From Eledone cirrhosa (Eukaryota): 64,000 nt of DNA. Within the stretch, counting starts at the first letter, position 1. Each line of letters opens with the position of its first letter. Shown in pieces: positions 40,949 to 56,652 of the stretch. The stretch covers positions 5,270,001 to 5,334,000 of the forward strand of contig OZ024751.1 in NCBI GenBank assembly GCA_964016885.1, in the 5' to 3' direction. The translations under genes and the position numbers were made by a program. The notes below the pieces were generated by a model. The model searched no databases. It worked only from the letters and a program-made list of their open reading frames with translations, and was not told where the DNA came from.

Positions 40949-41610
40949 GTAGGTAGGTGAATACATATTAGATGTAGAAATACATAATTTATCCATGTTC
41001 GACACGTAATATTTTTATAGCTTTAGCGACATTTTCAACAATTCTCCTCCCCCGCCCCCCAAGAAATATACCCACACACAATATACTTTATTAAGATGTC
41101 ATATTTCACACTATCTACCCTTTTAATGGCGATTATATTGCCATGATATATTCATATATATATATATAAAGAGAAAGATGGATGCGATAATATAGTCATA
41201 TAGATATATATAGAAAGAGATGGATGCGATAATATGCTGTTTTTACAAGGTCAAAAAAACCAAATATTTGTGTTTATTTTTTCGTTTTAAAATGCGTTCA
41301 CATCCATCGCTAAATCTTATCTCAAGCAGTTGATCACTGAAATTGAAGATTTGATATGGATATCTGGAGAAACGATATATAAGTATTTGTAGGAGAAAGA
41401 ACAAACAAATGATGCAAGCAATATAAAAGGAAAAGCAACTTAAAATCTACGAGATATTAATCATGGTTAGTCGACTGCAATATAGTTATCGATAAGCTAC
41501 AAGATGATTGCTGAATCTAAGTAAAAATTTTGAAGAGCATCATTGCGAAAGGAAAAAAAGTTTAATATACGTATAATATATATATATATGTATATATATG
41601 TATATATATT

Positions 41611-41667
<57 letters not shown>

Positions 41668-41888
41668 CGTTTCTGAATTTGTTTAGCAAGATTCTTTATC
41701 TGAAATCGTGTGTTGAAACCGATATTGTTATACTTTGGGAGGGTCATGTTGCCAATAAGAAACACACGCACCAGTTGCTTTCACTTCAATTTAATTTAAT
41801 ATATATTTATAAATTTACAAATTTACAAATTTATAAATTTCTGGTTGGTTGGTTGGTTCCACAACCAGATAGTTGTTTATATATATAT

Positions 41889-41933
41889 AGTCATAGTTCT
41901 TTCGTCACACACTCTGTGACCTCTTCAGTGACT
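41889..41933 (-). ncRNA. Minimal hammerhead ribozyme (mirror of 42042-42086)
   Basis: Reverse complement of 42042-42086. Confidence 0.65.
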
Positions 41934-42041
41934 GGGGATTTCTTTCTTCGTTTCTGTGCCTTTCCTTTCTTCTATCCTACGCCAACAAAATGGCGTAGGA
42001 TAGAAGAAAGGAAAGGCACAGAAACGAAGAAAGAAATCCCC

Positions 42042-42086
42042 AGTCACTGAAGAGGTCACAGAGTGTGTGACGAAAGAACTATGACT
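42042..42086 (+). ncRNA. Minimal hammerhead ribozyme
   Basis: AGTCA-CTGAAGA-G-GTCACA.gagtg.TGTGAC-GAAA-GAAC-TA-TGACT; 5-bp stem I, 1-bp stem III. Confidence 0.65.
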
Positions 42087-42245
42087 ATATATATATAAAC
42101 AACTATCTGGTTGTGGAACCAACCAACCAACCAGAAATTTATAAATTTGTAAATTTGTAAATTTATAAATATATATTAAATTAAATTGAAGTGAAAGCAA
42201 CTGGTGCGTGTGTTTCTTATTGGCAACATGACCCTCCCAAAGTAT

Positions 42246-42400
<155 letters not shown>

Positions 42401-42628
42401 TGTATGAATGTAAGAATATCTGTCATCTCTTTCCCCCCTCTCTGTAGAGATATAGGGAGAAGGTGAGAACATATAAAGAGAGAAGGATAACTAAAACTAT
42501 ATTCATATAGAGCTATCTTATTTTGTATATACAAGAATCTGTTTAATACATATGGTCTTTATATATTCTTATATACAAACACATGCACTCATAGGCCGGC
42601 CCATTCGTTCAAGAATAGGTGCGCACAC

Positions 42629-42735
<107 letters not shown>

Positions 42736-42847
42736 GATACATATACATATATATATATATATGTACATGCATATATATATATATATGCATATAGACAGTA
42801 TATATAATATATATGCATATATGTATATATCTATATATATCTACAAA

Positions 42848-42948
<101 letters not shown>

Positions 42949-43858
42949 AGAGAGGGGGAGAGAGAAAGAGAGATAGATAGATATAGATATGCATATATGT
43001 ATGTATATAATATCTGTAGTAGATAGTTACTTCGTGGCAGATATTTTCTCAAGATTTTATCTTTAAAATGATATGTACTGTCGAAGGATGAAATATTTCT
43101 AAGTACTTTAGATTGAACATGGCGAATGTCGCTTCCTTTTTCTTTTCTTATTTTATTTCTTCTTTTTTACTGTCTTTACGTATTCTTCTACATCAAGAGA
43201 TTAACATTCAGCTATCAAGTTTTAGAATCAGTGCCGTCAACAGCGCTTTACTAATTCAAAGAACCTGTATTGGCTGAAAACAGATGTTTTTGACATAGCG
43301 AACTATAAATCTTAATCCCGTAAGCATTCCACCAATCCAAATCATATCTCTGCTTCAGAATAAGAATAATCCTCATCGCATTAACACACACACACATAGA
43401 GAAACACGCTCAGAAACAGACATACAAAGACACTCACAGACACAAACACCCACATACACGCACACAGTTGTCTTATAGTAGTTACAGATTTATATATCAC
43501 AAGAATCACAAGATATTAATAACTACTCATTTCAAAGCAAAATGTTCAGTATGATATATTTCCTTATGTAAAAACATCTTCATGTTTTCCAAAGAAGATA
43601 TAATTTCCATATTTATGAATAAATTTACCTTAAATATAGTCGATAATGTATTGATACACTTTGATAAGAAGAGGATTAATTTAGTTAATTAAGTCAAGAT
43701 TTTCGAATAAGTAGCGAGACTGACGACTGAAGTTATCTCAAACTTCTTATAGACATAGAATAGTATTGATTTCATATTTGGTGCAATGCTAGTAAGTTTT
43801 ACGTAAGGATAGACCGGTCAGTACATTAGTTGTACTATTGCTGTTATCCCTAATACTA

Positions 43859-43942
<84 letters not shown>

Positions 43943-43950
<8 letters not shown>

Positions 43951-44293
43951 CGTAAAATAAGAAAATTATAAAATTAACTTACTTACTAAAAAATCACTTC
44001 CAACTAATTAGTTTCTGGAATGGAGTAAATATATTTTCCGAATGGAGTAAATATATTTTCCGAAGAAACATATAGAAAATCATTCCGTCATCAGGAAAGT
44101 CTTTTTCCGTATAGGTCTCCAGGCATAGCGAGGACACTGGAAACTTATTAAAAAAATAATTCCTGATGACGGAATGATTTTCTATGTGTTTCTTCGGAAA
44201 ATATATTTACTCCTTTCCAGAAACTAATTAGTTGGAAGTGATTTTTTAGTAAGTAAGTTAATTTTATAATTTTCTTATTTTACGTCTCTCATA
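43943..44293. mobile_element. Fold-back element (arms about 43943-44097 and 44160-44293) with HHR cores on both strands
   Basis: Reverse-complement arms. The left arm has a 22-bp tandem duplication (AATGGAGTAAATATATTTTCCG). Confidence 0.85.
43996..44100 (-). ncRNA. Type I hammerhead ribozyme with long stem II; the plus mirror (44161-44239) has a disrupted stem I
   Basis: Minus strand: ACTTTC-CTGATGA-CGGAA..TTCCA-GAAA-CTAATTAG-TT-GGAAGT; 6-bp stem I, palindromic stem III. Confidence 0.62.
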
Positions 44294-44405
44294 TTATTGT
44301 TCTGCAACCCCATGCATTGAACCACATTGTTAATAAGACAAAACCTATATATTTGCTAGCATTGATATGCATCTGTGTGTATATAAATGTTACTAGATAT
44401 AAATT

Positions 44406-44470
<65 letters not shown>

Positions 44471-44624
44471 CCCACCGCATGGTACACAGATAACCTAAGG
44501 GCAGCAGCAACGAACTCCCTCTTACACCAATGGCCAGCCAACAGAGGCTGGAGATAGAATGTGTAGCAACAAGGATTGCTGAAACAGGTAAAAGAGTAAA
44601 AGAGAATATATATATATATGATGT

Positions 44625-44830
44625 GTTGGGGTCATGGTAGCACAGTGGTCTGGATAACCAAAGATGTGGGTTCGACTCCCATGTACATCAATACTCATCT
44701 TTTTCCATTTATCTGAGGGTTCTAAACCTCATTATCAGACTAAAATTTCTTTAGTCAAAAAAATACGGTGAAAGCTATTCTATTTTCTAATTTCAAACCT
44801 GCTCACCGTTTCAAAACATACTTACTTGTC
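44625..44830 (+). mobile_element. tRNA-derived SINE-like element
   Basis: A-box-like TAGCACAGTGG and B-box GGTTCGACTCC; no full cloverleaf. Confidence 0.55.
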
Positions 44831-44865
44831 ATATATATATATATTATTGCTGTTATCCCTAATAC

Positions 44866-47022
44866 TAGTCTGCTCAGGGAGGCGTATGGTCCGACCAGTT
44901 CACACATATCACCACTTCGCTCCGGGGACGGCAAGAGATCTGAAGGAAATCCTGATCATGTGGCATGACCACTTTGATGAGCTTCCCAACAGACCATCAT
45001 AAATTGATGATGAGTTCATCCGGTCGATTCCATCCAGACCTACAAAGCTGGCAGTGGCTGATCCTCCTTCATTTGATGAGGTGGCGAAGACCATTGCCAA
45101 ATTAAACAGCGACAAGTCACCTGGAATGGATGGACTGAGTGCCGAGATTTTTAAGTGTGCTGGTGATAACTCCTTAAACCACCTCACTGACCTCTTTGTG
45201 AATGTTTGGAATGAAGATGTGCCACAGGATTGGAAAGATGCATTGATGGTGGTACTTTACAAAGGAAAGGGAGCCAAAGATGACTGTGGCAACTACAGAG
45301 GTATTTCACTGCTATCTGTGGCTGGGAAGATCTTGTGCAGGATATTGTTGGACAGACTGATACAGTACATTGCTGTTGAGGTACTTCCTGAGTCCCAAAG
45401 TGTCTTTAGGAATGGCAGAGGCACTGTTGACATGATCTCGGCCAAACAACTTCAGGAGAATGCATTGAGCAGCGCATGGACTTATACCAAGGTTTTGTCG
45501 ATCTGACCAAGGCATTTCACACCGTTAATCGGAAGAATATGTGGGTTATTTTGTAGAGATTGGGCTGTCCTGAAAAGTTTGTGAACATTCTGAAACCCTT
45601 CCCCGATGACATGCAGGCATGGGTGAATGTTGGAGGTAAACTGTCTGAGCCAATCTCGGTTGAAAATGGTGTCAAGGCAAACAAAGTCGGTGCAGGTATC
45701 TGCACCGACTTTGTTTGCCTTGCATTTCGCAATGGTGTTCTTCATGGCCTTCAAGGATTGTCAACATGGTATCTATCTCAGATATCGCACTTCCGGCAGG
45801 CTGTTTAACTTTAGGCGTCTCCCTGCGAACACTAAGGTACTGAGTACCTTGATCAGAGAATTTTTATATGCAGATGATTGTGATCTCTTTGCACACTCCA
45901 AGAGTGACATGCAACACCTTATGGATTCTTTTTCCAATGCGTGCAGTGCTTTGGGACTGACAATCAGTCTGAAGAAGACTGTCGTCATGTACCAACCTGC
46001 TTCGGATAAAGTTTTCAATGAACCCTCCATACACGTATACGGTCAAAAGCTGAAGGCTGCTGACACATTTGTGTATTTGGGGAGTACTCTGAGAATGACC
46101 TGCTCTCTGGATGCAGAAGTTGGTCTACGTGTTAGTAAGACAAGTGAGTCATTTGGAAGGCTCAACGACCGTCTTTGGTGCAGGCGAGGAATCACAATGA
46201 GGACCAAGGTGAGAGTGTATGCTGCATGTGTACTGTCAGTTTTGCTGTATGAATGTGAGACATGGGTTGCCTACAAACGGCATATCCACAGGCTGGAATG
46301 GTTTCACCAGCAGTGTCTCAGAAAGATGCTCGGTATCAAGTGGCAGATGCATGTGAGTGATGTTGAGGTACTTGAGAGAAGTGAGTGTCAGAGCATTGAG
46401 AGTATCATCCGCCAATGGCGTTTGCGATGGACCGGATACCTCTGTAGAATGGAGGATGATCACATCACAAAACAACTCTTGTATGGCGAGCTTTGTGAGG
46501 GTAAGAGACAACCTCACAAGCCAAAGCTCCGATTCAAGGATTGTATAAAGGACTCGTTGAAAAAAACTGGTTTGATGATGGCTGACTGGGAGATAGAAAC
46601 TTATGAAAGAGAAACTTGGCGTGGAATGGTGAATGATGGGGTCCATAATTTTGAGGACAGACACACAGAGCACGAGAAGATCAAACGGGATGTGCGTAAG
46701 CAATGCCCTGGTGTATTTCTCGAAACGATCGGTGTCTCCATTGAATTGAAGTGCCCTGGTTGTGGAAAAATTTGCTTGCAAATCTGGTCTCAGGAGCCAC
46801 AGTCGTAGCCATGTTTAAAGAGAACCAGTGAAGTATGACCTAGACGAAGTTGTGAGGGTTCACGGGCAACCTGATGCAGGACCTCAAGCCAGGGAGATCC
46901 ATAGTTGTCGTCAGTGTGTGAAGGAGTGCAAGTCTCTAGCAGGCTTGACAAGCCATATCCGAGCGTTCCACATCTGAATCTGACAAGCGATTGCAATACT
47001 CTTGGCAGAGTTTGCAGCCATC
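44866..47022 (+). mobile_element. Decayed 5'-truncated RTE (BovB-like) LINE
   Basis: KSPGMDG, PQDWKDA, NYRGISLLS, LPESQ..GRGTVDM, DLTKAF, LYADD, YLGS, LLYECETW, QLLYGEL motifs; several frameshifts. Confidence 0.9.
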
Positions 47023-47027
47023 ATATG

Positions 47028-47097
<70 letters not shown>

Positions 47098-47100
<3 letters not shown>

Positions 47101-47217
47101 GTGGTTACACAACAGTTAGTTCACCATACCGAGAACAATTGTTTCACCTTAGCGGACCCTCCTAAGGTGAAACAATTGTTCTCGGTATGGTCAATTAACT
47201 GTTGTGTAACCACTTCT
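47098..47217. repeat. Short fold-back centred on a hairpin, carrying only the 3' half of an HHR (GAAACAATTGTT) on each strand
   Basis: AGAAGTGGTTACACAACAGTTA..CCGAGAACAATTGTTTCACCTTAG / CTAAGGTGAAACAATTGTTCTCGG..TAACTGTTGTGTAACCACTTCT. Confidence 0.85.
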
Positions 47218-47483
47218 ACCTAACTCGTCCCACCACTATATATATATATATATATATATACACCATTTTTACCAGTATCACAAAAATACTGGTCCATCCA
47301 CACACACCCACACACACACATACACACGCGTACACTAACATACAAACAGACATACACACACACACACTTCTCCGTATAAGACAAGAGCTGAAAAATATCT
47401 TTCAACATGTTAAAATATCCCCCACACACGTACACACACATTCCTACTGACCAAATTTATTTCCTCTACCAGGAACCACCCTG

Positions 47484-47624
<141 letters not shown>

Positions 47625-48364
47625 TATTTGTCTCAATAGACACTGAACTGTTGACCTTTCAACATGACTGCAATTCACACACACATCCCTACTGTCTCAT
47701 CCTACTGACCATTATCACAACAATGAACCTCTTTACTACACACACACATATTTGTCTTAATAAACTTATTTTTCAGTGACTTCTCAATCCGGCGAAAAAG
47801 GACATTCTTCGACAAACCTACATTTGGCGCAAAATCAATTTTTAACATTCACGTGACCTCTACCGACTAATCAAAATTGTTTTGACTATAAGAATTTTTG
47901 CAACACGAATTGGCGCGATATTTATAGTACTCATTCACGTGACATTCAACAACCAACCAAATCTTAATACCTCTGGAGCCACTTTTTTCACATAAAACAG
48001 GAAGAATTTCTAAAACTGATCAGATTAGAGCAAACATCACGGGCGCTCTATCTCAAAATTATTTTTGAAAAGCATTAAATATGCGCAACCGGTAAAAATT
48101 TAAAACAAAAACTGAATACTATCCAATACTTATTACTAATTTATACTTATTCCTAATTAAACTATTTTTCACTGGGAAAAATTTGTCAGCATTTTCTTTT
48201 CCTTATACTAATATACTAATATATATATATATATATATCTAAGTCCAAAATTAAGATAAATGAATTAAATGAATTTAATCTAAATCGAAATCATGGGTGT
48301 CATGACATAAAGCATGCGCCATAAATCCTGAGAATTTAAGCTCAAAGATAAATACATCTGAGCA

Positions 48365-49953
<1,589 letters not shown>

Positions 49954-50034
49954 TGAGTGTATCCCGGGTTCAATCGGGGGTAACCAGAGTAAGTAGTAGG
50001 TCCTGTAGAAGGCATTTCTATATTAAATGCCTCC

Positions 50035-50142
<108 letters not shown>

Positions 50143-50300
50143 GAATTTACCCACCACCATAACGTGTTTTTCTCACACCGGTCTTCCTCTATTTAGGGTC
50201 ATGAGTCACTGTGGCATAAAACTGCAAGTTTGAGAAACAGGCAGTACATGCAACTGTGCACACCTTTAGACCTAAAGTCCTAAGTGTTGAGAAAGGGCAT

Positions 50301-50407
50301 TTCCTGCTGAAGAAATGCAACAGCCCGATTGCGCAATTCTCTGCATACTGCAGTGTTAATAACTGTGGTAGGCGGAATATTGCATAGAAACGGAATCCGT
50401 CCAGGAG
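50301..50407 (+). ncRNA. Type I hammerhead ribozyme with long stem II and a paired stem III
   Basis: TTCCTG-CTGAAGA-AATGCAA...TTGCATA-GAAA-CGGAATCCG-TC-CAGGAG; GUC site at 50399-50401. Confidence 0.8.
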
Positions 50408-50587
50408 TTAGCTACGTAGGTATCTTTATCAAAACACTGCCACTGTACTCACTGAATAATGTGTGCACTATTAACCTTAGGATGCTGTTTCACAACCGCA
50501 AGCTTATTGTCTCATTGAGTGAGTACGTCATGACGGAGGTTGCTGAAATAACTTCGGTGAATTTTGAAAACTGTATATATATATATA

Positions 50588-53363
50588 TTTCGTTTTTGAA
50601 TTTGTTTAGCAAGATTCTTTATCTGAAAACGTGTGTTGAAACCGATATTGTTATACTTTGGGAGGGTCATGTTGCCAATAAGAAACATACGCACCAGTTT
50701 CTTTCACTCCGATTTATTATAAATTAAATTATAAATTTAAATATTTATAAATTTCCGGTTGGCTAGTTGGTTCCACAACCGGACGGTTGTTCATATATTG
50801 TCAAAGTTCTTTCGTCACACATTCTGTTACCTCTTCAGTGACTGGGGATTCTTTTCTTTGTTTTGTGCCTCTCCTTTGTTCTGTCCTACGCCATCTTGTG
50901 TTTGTGTGTGTTGTGTGCAGCAGCCTCGAATTCTGCTTTTTATAACCCTTCCGATATGTTCTTCGACCTACGACGAGTCCACGTCACGACTTTAGCTTTT
51001 AACAAACGCACGCAATTGCCGTCGCAGGTCGATGAACAAACAGAAGCACACTTTAGTATAGCTAGATCTAAACTTAGAAATATTGTAGAACAGTATAGCA
51101 AGAAGCCAAATAAAATGGAGGCCCAGCAACTGGGAGAAAAATCTGCAAATGGCTTGCGTATGCTCATGCAGCGCTCACGTAATGGAGAGATTGCATGCTT
51201 TCCAACAGACAAGTCTGGTAGAATGTCGGTTGACAGTCTGTCAAACTACATCCAGGCAATGCAACCCCACATCACTAACACAAGAGAAGTAACACCACAA
51301 GAGCATGAGGATAGGGAGAAAACCCTCAACGCCCATATGATGATGTGGACAAACATAATGCAGCCCAATAAACGGACTGCCAACAACTTCCAGGCCTCGA
51401 ACAATGACGTGCCAGCGTTGTATGGGCATCGAAAAGACCATAAGACGAACAGTGACCGAGTCACAGGACCTACTTAAACTGGGACTCCTACTTAAACTTA
51501 TTTATAGTAATGATTATCTAGATACGTATGACCTTAGCAACCTCTGCCCCACAAGGCCAGCAAGAGGCAGACCACCTACCATTACCTCAATGGCCAAGAA
51601 AACCCACATAGAAAGATGGAACGGGTGGACCAGAGCCATACGGACCCCCGAAAACCATGATGAACTAAAGAAAATGATTGCACATGCGATGGGGGCCTGT
51701 ATAAAACTAACCCTTAAGGAACATATGTTCAAATTTAATGGAAAAACATATGCCCAAGAGGAGGGAACAACCATTGGTGTTAGCATTGCAGGTGACATAG
51801 CTAACCTATTCATGGTATGGTGGGACAATAAACTTAAAGAACAATTAGAAGACAGCAACCTCTTAACCCTGATAATGTACTCTCGCTACGTTGATGATAT
51901 AAACATCGTAGTAAAAACACCCCCACTAGAAAACAGTCAGGAATTAGAGAAAAATACCATGGAAAGCATCCAGCAAATAGCTAACTCCATCCACCAGAGT
52001 ATTAGATTTACTATAGACTACCCAAGCAAACACTCCAACCATCGACTACCTGTACTAGACACAGAGCTCTGGTTAGAAACCATTAATAACGAAAAACAAA
52101 TCCTCCATTCCCATTATGCCAAACCCATGAAATATCTGATTCACGGAAACTGTTTTGGATCACACCAAAATCAACATACTGATTGCGGATTTAGTACGGA
52201 TGTTAAGAAACGTGTCCCGCATTTGCAACCCCAAAGAACTAGAGAGACACTTACAACACTTCATCCACCGTATGCAGTTCTCTGGTTACAATCAGAGTAG
52301 ATAGAGGAGCCAGAACCAAATGGGAAAAAATGATAAATAATGATACAAATGGGACCTGCCCCTTGTATAGGAGCAAATTTTGGAATAGAACAGAAAGAAC
52401 TAGGAATAAGGTTAATAGAATAAACTCATGGTATGATAGCAATAAATACCAGAGTGTAATGTTCATCAATACAACCCCAAGAGGTGAATTAGCTTACACA
52501 TTTAGAAGAGCCCTAGATAAAGTTAAACTAAATATTAAGATAGTAGAAAGAAAAGGTACCTCCATAAAAACACTTATTAGTAATACATACCCTTTTCATA
52601 CCCTGCATAATCTGTAAACTGAGCCCCCATATTAACTGTAAAACTAGAAACATAGTATATAGCATAAGATGTACTGAAGGACAATGTAAAGATAAGAATA
52701 TAGTGTACATAGGTGAAACAGCTCGTAGTATAGGAGAACGATTAAATGAACACTGGCGATAGCTTCAAGTTAGAAAAGAGTCATCAGTACTCCACCTACA
52801 TGCTAAAATAGAACATAAGGGCAAATTAGAGAACATAGAAATAAAAATAAAAGCTACACACAGAAAAGACGCAATGTTTAGACAAATCACAGAGGCAATA
52901 AACATAAATGAACTCCAACCAAAATTAAATAGAAAACATGAATGGAATAGCAACATCACAACTTACAATTAAGGACAAAATGAAAACACACACACATAGA
53001 ACAAATAACCAACCAGTAACATGTAAATAAACAAATAAATAAACAAACAAAAACACACACAGACACCCGGATATAACACATGCGCAAACTAAGCATACAA
53101 CGCACACAAAAACAATATGGCGTAGGACAGAACAAAGAAGAGGCATAAAACAAAGAAAAGAATCCCCTCTTATTGAAGAGGTCACGGAATGTGTGACGAA
53201 AGAACTTTGTCAGTATATGAACAACCGCCCGGTTGTGGAGCCAACGAACCAACCGGAAATTTATAAATTTTAAATTTATTATTTAATTTATAATAAATTG
53301 GAGTGAAAGCAACTGGTGCGTGTGTTTCTTATTGGCAACATGACCCTCCCAAAGTATAACAAT
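50588..53363 (+). mobile_element. Penelope-like retroelement with inverted pLTRs (50588-50893 antisense, 53117-53363 sense); ORF decayed and internally deleted
   Basis: PTDKSGR, LYGHRKDHK, FKFNGKTYAQEEGTTIGVSIAGDIANLFM, YSRYVDD, LPVLD, GIY-YIG IVYSIRC..IVYIGETARS, EAINI..LNRKHEW. (TA)n flanks. Confidence 0.9.
50800..50842 (-). ncRNA. Minimal hammerhead in the inverted pLTR; the sense copy at about 53168-53212 is mutated (TTGAAGA)
   Basis: Minus strand: GTCA-CTGAAGA-G-GTAACA..TGTGAC-GAAA-GAAC-TT-TGAC. Confidence 0.55.
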
Positions 53364-54321
53364 ATATATATATATATATATATACAATAAAAGGAAATAC
53401 ACAGATACATGCGAATACATACATATACATGCATATACACACATATATCCCTGAATTTGTGTAGTGCCAACCTTAACTGTTTTTGGTCTATAGGGACAAA
53501 AATAATCTGAATGAATTATATTGAGTCAATATCAGAGCTATATAATACATTATAAAGAAAGAAGAAATATTAGACGCCTTGCGGACGTGTTTTGAAACTT
53601 TAAATGAGGAATTCTCTTGATAAGTTGGCAAACCTCACAAAAATACTGCATCTCTATGATGTAATGTTTTTACAAAGTAGCCACGAAACTGCGCAGTCGA
53701 GGATGTCGAAGAATATTGGGTATCTATATTTTTATTTATTTATGTCTATTGTTTCTTCTTTCTTTCTTTATAATGTTTATATATATATATATATATAAAT
53801 GAAAGGTATAGAAATTGTTGTAGCGAGAAGCTAACAGTATTCCATAACATATATGCGACTATGGCGTCAAGATGGGAAAAATAGTTAACGTAAGATGTAG
53901 GAAAAATAATTCAAACTCATCTCAAAAGAGAATCAGGATATAAATTCATCCACAGAATTTTGTGAAATCCAGGGAAAAATCAATAGAGCCTTAACTCATG
54001 ATAAAATAAAGTCTAAAATACTTATCCTTCAATTTGGAAAAACATCAAATGCTCTGAATAGTCTTAAAGACTATTTCATGAAACATTTCAGTGGAGATGG
54101 TCACGGTTGGATTTCAATCGTCAGCAGAGGTCAACCAGTTAACCAGGACTCTCACAGATTTATAAGCCAAAAAGGGAATTTTAAAACTGGCTAGTTCACC
54201 ATCATGCGTGATTATGAAAAACGCACATGAGGAAAAACGGGGCTAGTGATGTCAGAATGAAGCGAGTTTGTTTACAAGAAATAACAGTCAAATACATTCC
54301 GAAAAAAAGTCTACAAAAGGA

Positions 54322-54398
<77 letters not shown>

Positions 54399-54610
54399 AT
54401 ATAAGTGGCCCATAACGACAGGTGTGAAACTTACGCATCACCAGAAATATAACCTTGGTAATTATATTTTTGAGAACCGGGCAGTAGAAAACATACGAGA
54501 TACCAATATTATTTCTGCAAACTACCCGGCAAACCTATAGTTTATTTTGTATGGATTAATTACGTTCCATTAAGCTCTGCAAATTTGCATGTATATATAT
54601 AAAACATTTA

Positions 54611-54689
<79 letters not shown>

Positions 54690-54729
54690 CTCTCTCGCTC
54701 TTTCTCACACACACACACACATATATATA

Positions 54730-55217
54730 TATATTCAGGAAGAAAATATTCAGCCGTAAGCTCCAACAGTTTCTGCTCGTGACTTCACAAGCTCCAGTCC
54801 TAACCCTACCTTTAACCCCTAAACCTATACCTAATCCCAATCCTAATCCTAATCCTAAACCTAATCCTAACTCTAACAATAACCATAACACTAACGATAA
54901 TCCTAAAGCAAAACGTAACCCTAAACACTAGCCCTAACCCGAACCCTGACACTAACACTAATACTAACCATAAACCTATCCATAAGCTTAAACCTCACCC
55001 TAAACCTAAGCCTAACCATAACGTTAATCTTAACCCAAACCTTAACCCTAAACGTAGTGCTAATCCTAACACCAACCCTAATACTAACTCTAACCCTAAC
55101 CATAACACAAAACTAACCCTAACTCTAATCCTAATCCTTCCTGAAGACGCTCGTCTGAGTGAAGTCAGGATAAGAAACCTTAGAAGTTCACGAACTAATA
55201 TTTTCTCCCTAAATATA
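54730..55217. mobile_element. MITE-like element: degenerate about 60-bp terminal inverted repeats enclosing a degenerate telomere-like (CCCTAA/TCCTAA)n tract
   Basis: TATATTCAGGAAGAAAATATT..GACTTCAC versus GTGAAGTC..AATATTTTCTCCCTAAATATA; hexamer repeats at about 54797-55137. Confidence 0.6.
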
Positions 55218-55608
55218 GCAACTCATTATACATCGAGTATTACTTGGATTAGTGGTTTTTCCGGGTTGAACGCCGTAGACACTACATATATGTATATATA
55301 GATAAGTTTAAAGAAAACATATCTTAAGGTATATATATTTAAGGACTCGAATACATGATTTATGTCAACAATATTGAGTTCATATATTTTGACAGAACCG
55401 AATATTCACAAATATGTAATGGGTAATCTAATACCGTAATGGACCGATCAAGTGCTAGGGTCGATTTGCGTTTCATTCAATTTATCACTATTAGTAATGT
55501 TGTCTTTTTTGTTAAGCTGCTATGGTCAATGGATAACAGATAATGTACCACACAAAATTATGAGAGCCGAATCCTTTCAGTAGGTTTTAGAGGAGCTACA
55601 AAAAATAT

Positions 55609-55960
55609 AATTGTTTCTACTTTTGGCACAAGGCCAGCAATTACTCAGTGCATTACTGGTACTTTATTTTATCGACCACGTAAGGATAAAAGGCTAAGTT
55701 AACCTAGGCGGGATTTGAACTCAGAATGGCAAGGGCCGTAACTCTTTTTTTAGTATTTCATTTAACATCAGAAATTACTTGGGTGTGGGTATATTTACGT
55801 GCTGTGAATTGGCAGAGTCGTTAGAACGTCGAATAGAATACGTTATCGTATTAGTTCTGGTTCTTTGCTCTCTGAACAAATCTCGTCGTGGTCAACTTTG
55901 CCTTTCAACCTTTCCAAGTCGATAAAAAAGTACCTGTCTAGTACTGGGGTCGATTCTTCC
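55609..55960. mobile_element. Two SINE copies, head-to-head (55609-55745 minus, 55803-55960 plus)
   Basis: Family motifs present in both orientations. Confidence 0.75.
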
Positions 55961-56541
55961 TCTATATATATTTCTCATTCCCCCCCCCCCCTTCTCTGTT
56001 TCTCTGGAAGAAATCTGCTGTACTCAGGCCTGGAGAGGGATGGGCTCCGCCAGGCCTAAGAAACGCTGTTTGTCCACACGGCGCCCCTACGACTTTATCG
56101 GGAGTTACAGGACCATACCATACCATATTTACGTGGTTGATCTTACATTTCGACAGAACAGAATATACACAAATATGTTCAACAAAAATCTCATACATGA
56201 ATAGTACATATTCACTACAACCACTTACAAATACATATTATTCCGTCTATCTAGTTTATCGACATTACATTGGCTTCTATTCGTCTGAACTGGCAAGATA
56301 AAAGTTACATCTGTTCCAGCTTAGACGATACATCTAGCTATACACTACTGTAATCATTGTTGTGTAAACATTGGAAACCTACACTTAACACTTTGCTCAA
56401 TGATGTCTTATAGAACAATAGTCACCTGGAATATCTTTCACAGCTAATAAGCACAAACCCAGAGATATTGATAGAAGACGAATATCAGTTATAGTTATCA
56501 CACCAGTCTTAAAACAGGCATAATTCAGTGGTGCCCTATAT

Positions 56542-56581
56542 CTTCTTCTTCTTCTTCTTCTTCTTCTTCTTCTTCTTCTTC

Positions 56582-56652
<71 letters not shown>
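56542..56652. repeat. (CTT)n followed by (ATT)22, immediately 5' of the LINE
   Basis: Direct reading. Confidence 0.95.

Noticed and set aside
44625-44690. tRNA gene
   Set aside because: A and B boxes are present but there is no complete cloverleaf; treated as a SINE head.
55136-55170. CTGAAGA-CGCTC..GAGT-GAAG
   Set aside because: GAAG instead of GAAA and no stem I; better explained as part of a terminal inverted repeat.
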